Shown here: positions 1-9,707 of the stretch, piece by piece
Numbering within the stretch: the stretch's first letter is position 1
Layout: every line of letters starts with the position of its first letter
NCBI GenBank assembly: GCA_023244835.1
Contig: JAHFLN010000001.1
Location: 4,912 to 68,911, forward strand
DNA from: Candidatus Harrisonbacteria bacterium
Lineage (GTDB): Bacteria > Patescibacteriota > Minisyncoccia > UBA6257 > UBA11618
Length of the DNA: 64,000 bases
Direction: 5' to 3'
Made by a program: the position numbers and the translations under genes
The notes under the pieces: model-generated
The model's database searches: none
Told to the model about the DNA's origin: nothing
The model's input: only the letters and a program-made list of their open reading frames with translations

Positions 1-337
1 CCGGCCGAGGACATCGCCCTTCGGCCGCCGTTCCTATCACCCTGCCTACGCACCCTACCGATTGGATCGAGGTAGAAGACGAGACGATCGCGAAATCCGC
101 CTGACTTTCAGGACTGAATAAGGGTTTCGGATACTCCTTTCCTTCTTCCGTTTCCGCGAATTTCCGGTAGAGTTGCCATTCGAGGCCGGTATCCGCGGCG
201 AAGAGCGCTTGGAGCGATTGGCCGAAATTCGTCGCTTGGCGAATTTGGTAGCGCATGAGGAGGCCGGCGACGGTCGTCGCGCCCAAAACGGTACCTGATA
301 CGATGAGGACGGTGAGAAGCATGACCTGGCCGCGCAT
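1..337 (-). CDS. PilX-like minor pilin (partial, runs off window start)
   Basis: Manual translation MRGQVMLLTVLIVSGTVLGATTVAG...QALFAADTGLE: prepilin-like G|Q hydrophobic N-terminus and a PilX N-terminal A-x-x-A-A-D/E-x-G motif. Not in the ORF track. Confidence 0.6.
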   Translation of the reverse strand, partial: MRGQVMLLTVLIVSGTVLGATTVAGLLMRYQIRQATNFGQSLQALFAADTGLEWQLYRKFAETEEGKEYPKPLFSPESQADFAIVSSSTSIQSVGCVGRVIGTAAEGRCPRP

Positions 338-527
338 ATCCTCTTAAGAATACGGCAAGCTATTAATATTGGATACCCTCGTCATTTCAATATGACGATG
401 AATAAAAAATCCGCCAGGGAGAGATGAGTCTCCCCGGCGGTATTCGGTTTCATGGCGTAATGAGCACCATGGCTCCATAGCGCCCGCATCGGGCTTTTAC
501 GGCGGCTATGAGCGCCGTCAGGGTACG

Positions 528-1289
528 TCACGGAATCCAATCGAATCCCGTTCCGAACCGAAGGTGTCCCAATCGGACGTTTCCTCCGAGAAGCGGTTTC
601 GGCGCACACCAGTTCCGCCAGCCGTTCTGGCGATAGGTGACGCCGGCTCCGACGCCGAGTCCCAAGGCATTCACGCCTCCGCTTGCCAGCGTTTTTCCGC
701 GCGGTTGCTGGTTGTTGCAGCAGCCGGGCTGTCCGTACGGAACGCTCGTTGTCCATCCTTGTGACGGGATTGACGGGCTTTGAAAGCCCTGCGACGGCAG
801 TCCGTTGAATTGCGCGTCCGGGATCGGTTCGGGGGGCGGGTTTTGCGCCCGCACCTCGAGCTGGGTTTGCCGTACGCGCGATTCGCGCGCCCGCACTTCG
901 CGCAGGCGCTCGGCATCTCCCGAGCTGATTTGCGGCGCGCCCTCGAATGCGCATTGGCAGAAACTCCATCCGCATTTCGAGCAGAACTCAAGATTTTTGG
1001 GAATCTTCACTTTGCAGTTTCGATCCGCACAATGATGAAAGTGCCACTCATCGGGCTTCATTCGGCAGCCTTCGCATCGGTGCGAGTGCTTCACCCGTCC
1101 CGTTCCTTCATCGAAGCCGAAGTTGATCTCCGGCTTCCCCTCTTTGATCGGCCGTGCCGTTTCGGGTTGTCCGATGAGGCGCGGCTCGTCCGGAACGCTT
1201 TCCGGATCACCCAGTCGGATGAACGGTTCGTCGGCGAGCGCTGCGCCCACCATCAAAAGAAACGTAAAGGAACACACGAGATGTCGCAT
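528..1289 (-). CDS. secreted hypothetical protein with Cys/His cluster
   Basis: Signal peptide ending ALA-DE; GAGGAG SD; HxHxCxxC, HxHHC and CxxC...CxC motifs. Confidence 0.6.
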   Translation of the reverse strand: MRHLVCSFTFLLMVGAALADEPFIRLGDPESVPDEPRLIGQPETARPIKEGKPEINFGFDEGTGRVKHSHRCEGCRMKPDEWHFHHCADRNCKVKIPKNLEFCSKCGWSFCQCAFEGAPQISSGDAERLREVRARESRVRQTQLEVRAQNPPPEPIPDAQFNGLPSQGFQSPSIPSQGWTTSVPYGQPGCCNNQQPRGKTLASGGVNALGLGVGAGVTYRQNGWRNWCAPKPLLGGNVRLGHLRFGTGFDWIP

Positions 1290-1408
1290 CTGGACTCCTC
1301 CTATTCGGTTGACAACGCGTTGGATACGGTCGTATTACGGCCCCTATAGCCCTTTTCCGTCAGGTCGCGTTCTGCGCATAGTATACGCTATACGCTCTAT
1401 TTTGTCAA

Positions 1409-1467
1409 CCTCGTTAGAAGCCCGCTTTTTAGCGGCAGTCGCCTAAGGCGTCTTGCTTCTAACGCGG
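1409..1467. mobile_element. short TIR element, family B (CCyCGTTAGAAGC...GCTTCTAACGsGG)
   Basis: Inverted ends match the element at 24970-25086; CAA on both sides. Confidence 0.5.
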
Positions 1468-1476
1468 CAAATATTC

Positions 1477-2235
1477 TTATTTCGTAAGTATTATAGGGCC
1501 GTTTTCGGTTATTGCCACCGTATGCTCAAAATGGGCCGCGAATCCCCCTTCTTTCGTCGCGAAGCTCTCGTCGGCCAGCTCTTTCACCGCACCGCTTCCC
1601 AAGGTCACCATCGGTTCTATCGCCAGTACCATGCCCGACTCGAGGCGCGCTCCCAATCCCGGCTTTCCTTCGTTGTAGACAACCGGATCCTCGTGCAGGC
1701 GCCGGCCTATGCCGTGGCCCGTGAGTCCTTTTGCCACATGCATGCCGTGCTTGCGCACGTAGGCATTCACTGCGAATCCAATATCCCCCACCGCATTGCC
1801 CGCTTGGCATTCGTCGATCGCGAGCGTGAGCGCGTCTTCCGTGACCGCCATGAGCCGTTTTGCCTCGTCCGATATTTTTCCGATGCCGACCGTTATCGCC
1901 GTATCCGTATAGAAACCACGATATTTGAGGCCAAGGTCGAGCTTCACGATATCCCCCTCTTTAAGGCGATATGCACCCGGAACGCCGTGCACCACGACGT
2001 CGTTTACCGATGCGCAGATCGATGCCGTATAGGCTTTTTTAGCCCATGCGGGCTTGTATCCTAAAAATGCCGGAACGCCACCCGCCTCTTCCATTAACTT
2101 TTTCGCGAGGAGATCGAGCTCTTTCAGGCGCGCGCCTTCCACCGCCTTTTCCGCGAGCATGTCCGTAACGCGGCGGAGGATCTTTCCGCCTTCTGCCATT
2201 ATCGCGATCTCCTCTTCCGTTTTCAGCTCGATCAT
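1477..2235 (-). CDS. map: methionine aminopeptidase type I
   Basis: SVNDVVVHGVP, DTA, GHGIG, EPM and HFEHT motifs; start MIELKT overlaps the adk stop (ATGA). Confidence 0.97.
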   Translation of the reverse strand: MIELKTEEEIAIMAEGGKILRRVTDMLAEKAVEGARLKELDLLAKKLMEEAGGVPAFLGYKPAWAKKAYTASICASVNDVVVHGVPGAYRLKEGDIVKLDLGLKYRGFYTDTAITVGIGKISDEAKRLMAVTEDALTLAIDECQAGNAVGDIGFAVNAYVRKHGMHVAKGLTGHGIGRRLHEDPVVYNEGKPGLGARLESGMVLAIEPMVTLGSGAVKELADESFATKEGGFAAHFEHTVAITENGPIILTK

Positions 2236-2810
2236 ACTGATGCCGCGAGCAATTCCTGTACCGAGGCGATTTCCCCCTCCCCTTTCACCTGGATGAGGCG
2301 ACCATCGTAATAGTCGATGACTGGCATGACTTCGGTCGTGAACCATGAGAGGCGGTTTTCGATCGCGTCCGGCGTATCATCCCCGCGCATGCGGGCCGTG
2401 AGCCTCCTGCGCGATTCGTCTTCCGAGATATCGATATGGATCGCCCGCGGAGCCGAGCGGCCGAGATTTGCCATAAGCTCGTCCAAGGATTTCGCCTCGA
2501 AAAGCCGGCGTGGCGCACCATCTAAAATAAGCACCTGCCCCGTGCTTTTCAGGCTTTCCGCGAGCTCGTCGACCAGGAGCGTGAACGCGAGCCAGCTCGG
2601 GAAAGCCGCGCCTTTCCCGAGCATATCTTTTACCCAGGCGCCGATGAGTGTTTTTCGCGCGCCGAGCGCGCGGCCCAAGTCTCCGACCGTAAGGCGTAGG
2701 ACGTCGTATCCCTCCGATTCGAGACGTTTTACGAAAAGTTCCGACTGAGTTCCCTTGCCGCTTCCGGGCCTGCCTATGAATACGAACGTTTTACCCGCGA
2801 GATCATTCAT
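2232..2810 (-). CDS. adk: adenylate kinase (short LID)
   Basis: GRPGSGKGTQ P-loop, LDGAPR, RGDD; lies between secY and map. Confidence 0.9.
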   Translation of the reverse strand: MNDLAGKTFVFIGRPGSGKGTQSELFVKRLESEGYDVLRLTVGDLGRALGARKTLIGAWVKDMLGKGAAFPSWLAFTLLVDELAESLKSTGQVLILDGAPRRLFEAKSLDELMANLGRSAPRAIHIDISEDESRRRLTARMRGDDTPDAIENRLSWFTTEVMPVIDYYDGRLIQVKGEGEIASVQELLAASV

Positions 2811-2836
2811 GGTGTGAGGATACCATATCGAATTAT

Positions 2837-2875
2837 GAAAAAGGAGTTTCGTACGAATACGAAACTCCTTTTTTC
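2837..2875. terminator. bidirectional intrinsic terminator after secY
   Basis: AAAAAGGAGTTTCGTA-loop-TACGAAACTCCTTTTTT. Confidence 0.75.
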
Positions 2876-2884
2876 AAATGCGAG

Positions 2885-4159
2885 CTAGAAGCTCGCGTCG
2901 TATTCGCGCACGATGAGCTGGCTGTCGATCTGCTTCATGGTTTCCAAGGCTACGGAGACGACGATCAGGAGTCCGGTGCCGCCGATCGAGAGGCGCTGTA
3001 TGCCCGTGATCATCTGCGTGAGGTTCGGGAGCACTGCCACGAAGCCCAGGAATACCGCGCCGAAGAACGTGATGCGGTTCAGAAGTTTCGAGAGAAAGGC
3101 GGTTGTGGGCTCTCCAGGCCTGATGCCGGGGATGAAGCCGCCTGCCTGCTGGAGGTTCTTTGAGATCTCCTTTGGGTCGAAGGTGACCATGGTGTAGAAA
3201 TAGGTGAAAATAACGACAAGCACGAAGTAGAAGGCGCTGTAGATGCCTTGGTTGTTGAACACGTAGCTCACCCAGTCGTTCACTTTCGCGGACCAGTCGA
3301 GCGAGACGATCGCGATGATCTGCGCGAAGAATTGCGGGAAGAGCATCACGGAGATCGCGAAGATGATAGGCATCACGCCGGCCTGGTTCACGCGGAGCGG
3401 CAGGTAGGTGGCGACGCCGCCGTATATTTTGTTTCCGCGTACGCGCTTCGCGTAAGATACCGGCACTTTGCGCTCCCCCTCGGTAACGAATACCACGGCG
3501 CCGATGATTACGACGCTCAATACGGCGAACGCGAGATAGGTCATGAGCACGGTCGGGTCATAGGTCGCGATCGCCGTCTGCAGTTCCTGGGGTAGGCGGC
3601 TTACGATGCCGGCGAAAATGATCAGGGAGACGCCGTTGCCTATCTTTTGTTTTGTAATCAGGTTTCCGATCCACACGAGCACCATGGAGCCTGCGGTCGC
3701 GATGATTACGTTCGTGACGATCGTATATATACCGAAATCCGTGAAGATTCCCTGGCGGTTCAGGAGGTTTAAGAGGCCATAGGATTGGAGCGCCGCGAGC
3801 GGGATCGTGAGATAGAGCGAGAGGCGGTTGAATTTTGCCCGACCCATGGCGCCCTCTTCGTAATAGAGCACTTTAAGGCTCGGGAAAACCATGGTCAGGA
3901 GCTGCATCACGATCGTTGCCGTGATGTAGGGGCCGACCCCGAGCATCACTATGGAGAGGTTGTTCAACGCGCCGCCCGAGAATACGTTTAGGAAGCCAAG
4001 CAGCTGGTTCGATGAGAACAGCTCGACGAGCCGCGCATGGTCGATGCCCGGGAGCGGGATATTTGCCATCAGGCGGAATATAAGAAGGAGGCCGGCGATG
4101 ACCCCGATCTTTCTCCGGATTTCCGGGATTTTGAATGCCGAAAGGAATCGGTCGAGCAT
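2885..4159 (-). CDS. secY: preprotein translocase SecY
   Basis: LGVGPYITATI, GNGVSLIIFAGI, GGFIPGIRPG, GGTGLLIVV. Confidence 0.99.
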   Translation of the reverse strand: MLDRFLSAFKIPEIRRKIGVIAGLLLIFRLMANIPLPGIDHARLVELFSSNQLLGFLNVFSGGALNNLSIVMLGVGPYITATIVMQLLTMVFPSLKVLYYEEGAMGRAKFNRLSLYLTIPLAALQSYGLLNLLNRQGIFTDFGIYTIVTNVIIATAGSMVLVWIGNLITKQKIGNGVSLIIFAGIVSRLPQELQTAIATYDPTVLMTYLAFAVLSVVIIGAVVFVTEGERKVPVSYAKRVRGNKIYGGVATYLPLRVNQAGVMPIIFAISVMLFPQFFAQIIAIVSLDWSAKVNDWVSYVFNNQGIYSAFYFVLVVIFTYFYTMVTFDPKEISKNLQQAGGFIPGIRPGEPTTAFLSKLLNRITFFGAVFLGFVAVLPNLTQMITGIQRLSIGGTGLLIVVSVALETMKQIDSQLIVREYDASF

Positions 4160-4160
4160 G

Positions 4161-4532
4161 CTATTTGACGGTTCCGCCCGCCTTTTCGATCTTCTCGCGG
4201 GCAGTCTTCGAAACCGGGCCGTAGACGGTTACCGCTTTCCTCACTTTTCCCTTGCCGAGGATCTTCACGCCGCGGGGAATTTCCTTCATCGCGTCAAGGT
4301 CACCCACGTTGATGATGGGGAGCTTTTCCCAAATAGGCTTGTTCTGATGGGTGCCGCGGCCGCGCATTTTCGGAAGACGCTGGACCAAGTCGCGAACTGC
4401 GGGGTGGATACGGCGGCCGGCGTGCGCTTTCTGCCCCTTCGTGCCGCGGCCCGAGGTTGTTCCGCGCTTTCCGCCGCGACCGATTCGTGCGCGGGCATTT
4501 TTATTGGATGAGGGTATTTCGTGGAGAAGCAT
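4161..4532 (-). CDS. rplO: 50S ribosomal protein L15
   Basis: RIGRGGKRGTTSGRGTKGQK, KILGKG, IEKAGG. Confidence 0.95.
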   Translation of the reverse strand: MLLHEIPSSNKNARARIGRGGKRGTTSGRGTKGQKAHAGRRIHPAVRDLVQRLPKMRGRGTHQNKPIWEKLPIINVGDLDAMKEIPRGVKILGKGKVRKAVTVYGPVSKTAREKIEKAGGTVK

Positions 4533-4536
4533 GGTT

Positions 4537-5040
4537 TTATTTCTTCGCTTTCTTAGGTTTCAGCTGGCTCAAGGCCTCGATCGTTGCCAAAGCGTTCGTG
4601 AGCTTGTTGGGCGTGCGGCCGAGCGTTTTTGCCGTGATGTCCTTGATGCCGCATAGCGAGAGGACGACGCGCGCCGCGCCGCCCGCGCGCATGCCGTGGC
4701 CGACCGAAGCAGGTTTCAGGCGGATATGGGCCGCGGAGAACTTCGCCTCGACTTCATGCACTATCGAGCGCTTGTCGAGTTCCACCGTGATGAGGTTCTT
4801 CTTGGCCGCCGCACGGCCCTTTGCGATCGCGGCCGGCACGTCGATGCTTTTCCCTACGCCTACGCCCACGCGGCCCAGGCTGTCGCCAATCACGACCGTC
4901 GCGCGGAAGCGGAACCGCTTGCCGCCCGCCACGACGCGGGTGACGCGGCGCAAGTCGAGGACCTTGTCCTTGAACTCGTCCTGGGGCTGTCGTGCGAAGC
5001 CGCCCTTATTCCCCCCTCCGTATGTGCGCTGTTCTGCCAT
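4537..5040 (-). CDS. rpsE: 30S ribosomal protein S5
   Basis: RVTRVVAGGKRFRF; start moved to MAEQ. Confidence 0.97.
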   Translation of the reverse strand: MAEQRTYGGGNKGGFARQPQDEFKDKVLDLRRVTRVVAGGKRFRFRATVVIGDSLGRVGVGVGKSIDVPAAIAKGRAAAKKNLITVELDKRSIVHEVEAKFSAAHIRLKPASVGHGMRAGGAARVVLSLCGIKDITAKTLGRTPNKLTNALATIEALSQLKPKKAKK

Positions 5041-5050
5041 ATGTATAGTT

Positions 5051-5386
5051 TTAGAATTCAAGCCCGGCTGCCCGCGCGCCGTCGGCGACCGCCTTCACAT
5101 TGCCGTGGTAGCGGTACGCGCCCCGGTCGAATACGGCCTTCGTGATGCCGGCCTTCTTCGCGGATTCGCCGATTTTCTTTCCGAGTACTTCCGCGCGCGC
5201 GACGCTCTTCTTATCGTGCGCGGAAAACACCGTCTTGCCTGCCGTGTCATCGATCAGCTGAACCGATACGTGCTTGTTGCTGCGGAATACCGTGAGACGC
5301 GGCTTTTCAGCCGTTCCGGTTATGCGGCCCCGCGTGCGGTTCCTGCGCCTCATCCTCTGGTTGTTGATCGCGTTAACTCGTTTCAT
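5051..5386 (-). CDS. rplR: 50S ribosomal protein L18
   Basis: PRLTVFRSNKH, FDRGAYRYHG; start moved to MKRV. Confidence 0.97.
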   Translation of the reverse strand: MKRVNAINNQRMRRRNRTRGRITGTAEKPRLTVFRSNKHVSVQLIDDTAGKTVFSAHDKKSVARAEVLGKKIGESAKKAGITKAVFDRGAYRYHGNVKAVADGARAAGLEF

Positions 5387-5393
5387 GGTTTCG

Positions 5394-5957
5394 TTATGCC
5401 TTGGCTCCTGCCGCCGCGGCCTTCTTGCCCGCCTTCCTGCGCACGAATTCGCCGACATAGCGGATCCCCTTGCCCTGGTAGGGCTCCGGCTTCTTCAGTT
5501 TTCTGATTTCCGCGGCGACTTTTCCGACCAGTTCCTTGTCGATGCCCGATATGCTCATGATATTTTTCGTCATGACGGCCGCGATTCCTTTCGGAACAGG
5601 AAAATTCACCGGGTGGCTGAATCCGAGCGCGAGGACGATCTTGTCTCCCTCTACCGTCGCGCGGTATCCAATTCCTTCGAATTGAAGCTTTTTCTCGAAT
5701 CCCTGCGTTACGCCCAGGAAGGCGTTTTTGAGAAGTGATGCCATGGTTCCCCAGTTCGCCTGTGCCTGGCGGCCAGGATCGCTTATCGTGACCTGCGCCT
5801 CCTTCTTTCCTTCTGCCTCCTTACTCTCAACCGAGCAATACGGAAGAATGGGGAGAGAGAGCTCTCCTTTCGTTCCCTTCACGTGGGCTATGCCGCCCTT
5901 GATCTCGAGCGTCACGCCGTCGGGTATCCTTACCGGCCGTTTTCCTATCCTGGACAT
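5394..5957 (-). CDS. rplF: 50S ribosomal protein L6
   Basis: MSRIGKRP...PEPYQGKGIRY. Confidence 0.98.
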   Translation of the reverse strand: MSRIGKRPVRIPDGVTLEIKGGIAHVKGTKGELSLPILPYCSVESKEAEGKKEAQVTISDPGRQAQANWGTMASLLKNAFLGVTQGFEKKLQFEGIGYRATVEGDKIVLALGFSHPVNFPVPKGIAAVMTKNIMSISGIDKELVGKVAAEIRKLKKPEPYQGKGIRYVGEFVRRKAGKKAAAAGAKA

Positions 5958-6059
5958 AGATATATGCGGTTTGCGAAGTTTTCTCATCATAGCACGGCTT
6001 TTTCCCGCGCGCAATGGGAAAAAAGAACCGGCTTGGCAGACCTGCCTGAGCCGGAACCG

Positions 6060-6545
6060 TTATCGTCCGAAAAATGCCGTGCGTACGAGCTCTAAAGGCT
6101 TCCAACCCGCGAATGCGGGCATCGCTTCCATGTCGGCTAGCAGCTCTTTCACCTCTTCGTCGTCGTGGATCAAGACGGCGTTTCCGAGGCGGTAGAGCGC
6201 GCGCCAATCGTCCATTTCCATGGTTTCGGGAAGCTCGTGGATGGTTCTGCACACATCGCGCCGGAGGTCGTCATACGAAGGTATTTCCACGCGCAGTCCG
6301 ACCTGGCGGCGGATTAGCCATTCGTAGGCGATCGGCAGGATGACCGATGCGTAGGCGAGCGTCCGCGCATCGCGCCTGCAGATCTCCCCCATGGCGAATC
6401 CTACCGAGGCGTATGTCAGTCCGACAAACATGGTTAGCGAGGCCATGATACCCGCCCGTTCGACGCGACACATTGCTCGCGCGCGAATCATCGCATGGCA
6501 CGTTCGGAAGACTGTCATGAAAAAGCCGTACTTTCGGTTGAACAT
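6060..6545 (-). CDS. hypothetical membrane protein inserted between rpsH and rplF
   Basis: 161-aa ORF, AAAGGGGG SD, hydrophobic segments, hairpins on both sides. Confidence 0.55.
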   Translation of the reverse strand: MFNRKYGFFMTVFRTCHAMIRARAMCRVERAGIMASLTMFVGLTYASVGFAMGEICRRDARTLAYASVILPIAYEWLIRRQVGLRVEIPSYDDLRRDVCRTIHELPETMEMDDWRALYRLGNAVLIHDDEEVKELLADMEAMPAFAGWKPLELVRTAFFGR

Positions 6546-6611
6546 GGCATCCCCCTTTCTCTCTGAAAAGCTTTTTTTATGATGCCATGAAATCTACTCT
6601 ATAGCTATAAT

Positions 6612-6640
6612 GAAAAATCCGGCATTGCGCCGGATTTTTC
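6612..6640. terminator. intrinsic terminator after rpsH
   Basis: GAAAAATCCGGC-attgc-GCCGGATTTTTC. Confidence 0.7.
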
Positions 6641-6662
6641 TCTTGCAGCGAATTAAGTTGGG

Positions 6663-7046
6663 CTACCAAATTTCGAACAGGAGTTCGCCGCCCATATTCG
6701 CTTTTTTCGCTTCGTGATACGCCATGATTCCTTTCGGGGTCGAGACGACGCCGAGGCCATAGCCTTGCTTTACCGGGCGCAGTTCCTTCGCTCCCGCGTA
6801 GATGCGGCGCGAGGGGACGCTTAAATGGCTTACGCCCTTGATGGCGCCCGATTTCTTTTCGTCGTATTTCAGAATGACCTCGATCACGCGTTTCGGCATT
6901 CTTCCTTTTTTGTTCACGCCCGCCACGTATCCATACTTTGCGAGGAGGTCGAGCACGACCAAGTCCATGTTCGAAAAAGGCACCTTGAGGCTTTCCTTCT
7001 TCGCCGCCTGCGCGTTGCGTATTCTCGTTAAGACGTCTGTGTACAT
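6663..7046 (-). CDS. rpsH: 30S ribosomal protein S8
   Basis: LTRIRNA, STPKGIM, GGELLFEIW. Confidence 0.98.
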   Translation of the reverse strand: MYTDVLTRIRNAQAAKKESLKVPFSNMDLVVLDLLAKYGYVAGVNKKGRMPKRVIEVILKYDEKKSGAIKGVSHLSVPSRRIYAGAKELRPVKQGYGLGVVSTPKGIMAYHEAKKANMGGELLFEIW

Positions 7047-7056
7047 ATGATAGGTA

Positions 7057-7242
7057 TTACCACGATGATTTCGTTACGCCCGGAATCTCGCCTTTTCCGG
7101 CCATTTCTCGGAAGCAGATCCTGCACAGTCCGAACTTGCGGATATATCCGCGCTTGCGCCCGCACTTGAAACAGCGGAGCACGGCGCGCGTCGAATATTT
7201 CGGCGTCTTCTTCGATCGGGCTATGACGGATGCTTTTGCCAT
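7057..7242 (-). CDS. rpsN: 30S ribosomal protein S14 (Zn-binding type)
   Basis: RCFKCGR...LCRICFRE...GVTKSSW. Confidence 0.98.
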   Translation of the reverse strand: MAKASVIARSKKTPKYSTRAVLRCFKCGRKRGYIRKFGLCRICFREMAGKGEIPGVTKSSW

Positions 7243-7245
7243 GGT

Positions 7246-7812
7246 TTATTTAGCGGTTCGTTTCGATTTCGTCCTCGTTTTGGGAGCGGCTGACCTCGCT
7301 GCTGCCATATCCTTCTCTTTCTTGAGCGGCACGCCGAGCGCTTCGTAGAGGGCGATCGAGCGCTCGCGGCCGCGGACCAAGGGCACCATCGTGACTTCGA
7401 GTCCAAAGTCGATCTTCGAGTTTTCAGGCACTATTTCCGGAAATGCGGTGTGTTCCTTGATGCCGATCGTCAAATTGCCGTTGCCGTCGATATTCTTCGG
7501 GTCTATGCCGCGAAAGTCGCGGACGCGGGGAAGGACGATCGCGTTCAGGCGTTCGAGGAAATCCCTCATGCGCTTGCCGCGGAGCGTGGCGTTCATGCCA
7601 ACGATCATTCCCTGCCTCAGTTTGAATCCTGCGATTGAGGCGCGGGCTTTTCTCAGCGCGGGCTGCTGGCCCGTGATCGCTTTGAACTCGGCGATGATTT
7701 CGGGGAGTATCTTCTCCTCGAAGTGCGCGTTCGACGTGGAGAGGCGGCCGATGCCGGTGTTCACCACGATCTTCTGCAATCCGCTTTGAGTTGTCGCTTT
7801 CGTGATCGCCAT
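7246..7812 (-). CDS. rplE: 50S ribosomal protein L5
   Basis: ITGQQP, IAGFKLRQG, LPRVRDFRG. Confidence 0.98.
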   Translation of the reverse strand: MAITKATTQSGLQKIVVNTGIGRLSTSNAHFEEKILPEIIAEFKAITGQQPALRKARASIAGFKLRQGMIVGMNATLRGKRMRDFLERLNAIVLPRVRDFRGIDPKNIDGNGNLTIGIKEHTAFPEIVPENSKIDFGLEVTMVPLVRGRERSIALYEALGVPLKKEKDMAAARSAAPKTRTKSKRTAK

Positions 7813-7813
7813 A

Positions 7814-8125
7814 TTATTTTATTTCCGCGGAGCATTTTTTGCAGACGCGCGACTTCCCGCCGTCTTTCAGTGTTTTGTAACCGATGCGCGATGTTTTGCC
7901 GCACTTCGGGCAGATGAGCATAACGTTCGCGACGGAGACGAAACGGGGCGCGGTCACGATCTCGCCCTTTTCGCCCTGCTTCCGGGGTTTGCGGTTATGC
8001 TTCAGCATATTCAGTCCTTCCACGAGAACCATGCGGACGGCTTCCTTGGCGCGCAAAACCTTGCCGCTCTTTCCGGCGTCCTTGCCGACCGTCATTTGAA
8101 CCGTATCCCCTTTCTTTATCTTCAT
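7814..8125 (-). CDS. rplX: 50S ribosomal protein L24
   Basis: MKIKKGDTV..GKDAGKSG KOW motif. Confidence 0.98.
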   Translation of the reverse strand: MKIKKGDTVQMTVGKDAGKSGKVLRAKEAVRMVLVEGLNMLKHNRKPRKQGEKGEIVTAPRFVSVANVMLICPKCGKTSRIGYKTLKDGGKSRVCKKCSAEIK

Positions 8126-8251
8126 GGGAACTTAATGGGAATAGTATATCAGAAGCGGATGCGATTATCAAGGATATTGTCATTTCCTTCTATAATCGGC
8201 ATACTAGCATTCGCACCTTTCCATTACTCCTAATCCAGAAAGGGTTTTGCC

Positions 8252-8596
8252 GTGCATCCGAAACGATCGGTTCCCGCGTGGTACGATATTGCGTTTCGCT
8301 GGTTTTTATCTCTCGTTCTCGTCGCTGACGCTCTCGTCGTGTGCCATGCGTTTTCTCTGGCATTCGCATGCATGGGCATGGCTCCGCACGTGCCTGTTCC
8401 GCACGAGATCCGGAACGCCTTCGATATTTCGTGCATGGGCGCTCTTGGCATACTTATCGCTATCCGGATCGATTGGGGGTCCATGCCCGGACATCCGCCG
8501 ATTTCTGAGGATGCCGATTGGGTTCTCTTAAGGATCTTCTTAATGCTCATTTTCGTCGCCTGGGTCATGATGCGGATTATGGGGCATCCGTCATGA
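8252..8596 (+). CDS. hypothetical membrane protein (about 3 TM)
   Basis: GTG start with AAAGGG SD; hydrophobic helices; terminator at 8629-8670. Confidence 0.55.
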   Translation: MHPKRSVPAWYDIAFRWFLSLVLVADALVVCHAFSLAFACMGMAPHVPVPHEIRNAFDISCMGALGILIAIRIDWGSMPGHPPISEDADWVLLRIFLMLIFVAWVMMRIMGHPS

Positions 8597-8628
8597 CTCT
8601 CCGTTGCGATCGATGCTTGTGCTAAATA

Positions 8629-8670
8629 AAAAAAAGCCTGCTCTATCGAAAGGAATGAGCAGGCTTTTTT
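8629..8670. terminator. bidirectional intrinsic terminator
   Basis: A-run AGCCTGCTC...GAGCAGGCT T-run. Confidence 0.75.
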
Positions 8671-8768
8671 CTGGCATCAGACGCATTGCCAATTATTCGA
8701 TGTGACAGTATGATTCCGCGTGAGCACATTCCAATTCCCCCCACCCTCTTTTCCAGAAGGAATTTCCC

Positions 8769-9119
8769 ATGGACCAGGATCCTATGCCTCCCGTGCATAT
8801 TCGCCTCGTCGGCATCGCGGTCGTTCTTGTTTTTGTACCAAGTCTTTGTATGTGGATAACCGGTCTCATCGCCACATGCGCATCGGCCCTGCTTTCGCCG
8901 ATTACTCCGATTTCGCTTGAAGGACGGCGGATATTCGGGATTTCCTCGATCTCCCTTCTTGCGAGTCTGGCACTTCTTCGCCTTATCATCGACCGATATC
9001 CGGGACATGAGATCACGCCGGACAAAGACGCAGGATTTCGCCGTATCTTCGTCCTCGTTTCCGTCATAAGCGCCTTGGCGCTTGTCGTGATGGCCCGGTC
9101 GTGGCGGATATTCAGCTAA
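8769..9119 (+). CDS. hypothetical membrane protein (3-4 TM)
   Basis: AAGGA SD, hydrophobic helices, terminator at 9152-9182. Confidence 0.6.
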   Translation: MDQDPMPPVHIRLVGIAVVLVFVPSLCMWITGLIATCASALLSPITPISLEGRRIFGISSISLLASLALLRLIIDRYPGHEITPDKDAGFRRIFVLVSVISALALVVMARSWRIFS

Positions 9120-9151
9120 GTCGATCATGCGGAGAGGTCGTGCGCATCATC

Positions 9152-9182
9152 AAAAAACCCGCGCCAGATTGCGCGGGTTTTT
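9152..9182. terminator. bidirectional terminator between ORFan and rplN
   Basis: AAAAAACCCGCGC-cagatt-GCGCGGGTTTTT. Confidence 0.75.
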
Positions 9183-9194
9183 CTCTCCTATTTT

Positions 9195-9563
9195 TTATAC
9201 GATCTCTTCCGCGAGGGAGAAGATGCCGTCGAAGCCCATTTCCTTGATTTCGCGCGGGATTGGCCCGAAGATGCGTGTCGCGCGCGGCTGCTTCTTGTCG
9301 TCGATCAAGACGACCGCGTTCTCATCGAAGCGCAGGCGCGTGCCATCGGGGCGGTTTATCGCGTGCGCCGTGCGCACGATGATGCATTTCACGATATCCT
9401 TCTTCTTTACCGCCTTCCGAGGCTCTGCGGTCTGGACGGACGCGATGACCGTCTCTCCGAGGTGTGCGTAGCGCTTGCGGCTCCCGCCGAGCAGCCTGAA
9501 GACACGGACGAATTTCGCGCCCGAGTTATCCGCAACTTTCAGTATCGAACGTTCCTGTACCAT
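9195..9563 (-). CDS. rplN: 50S ribosomal protein L14
   Basis: VADNSGAK, FDENAVVL, TRIFGP. Confidence 0.99.
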   Translation of the reverse strand: MVQERSILKVADNSGAKFVRVFRLLGGSRKRYAHLGETVIASVQTAEPRKAVKKKDIVKCIIVRTAHAINRPDGTRLRFDENAVVLIDDKKQPRATRIFGPIPREIKEMGFDGIFSLAEEIV

Positions 9564-9564
9564 A

Positions 9565-9700
9565 CCCTGTGTTACAAATTAAGCTTATTACTTATAAATC
9601 TATTGAAACTTGATTATACTCCCGATTTCTTTATTTGCCTAGTGTGTTTGCGATTCTTTAATCCCGCATTTTGCGGGATGGCTGAATTTGTAACACGGGG
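9565..9700. mobile_element. MITE-like element, family A copy 1
   Basis: TIRs CCCTGTGTTACAAATT / AATTTGTAACACGGGG; direct repeat CATA at 9561-9564 and 9701-9704. Confidence 0.75.
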
Positions 9701-9707
9701 CATATGC

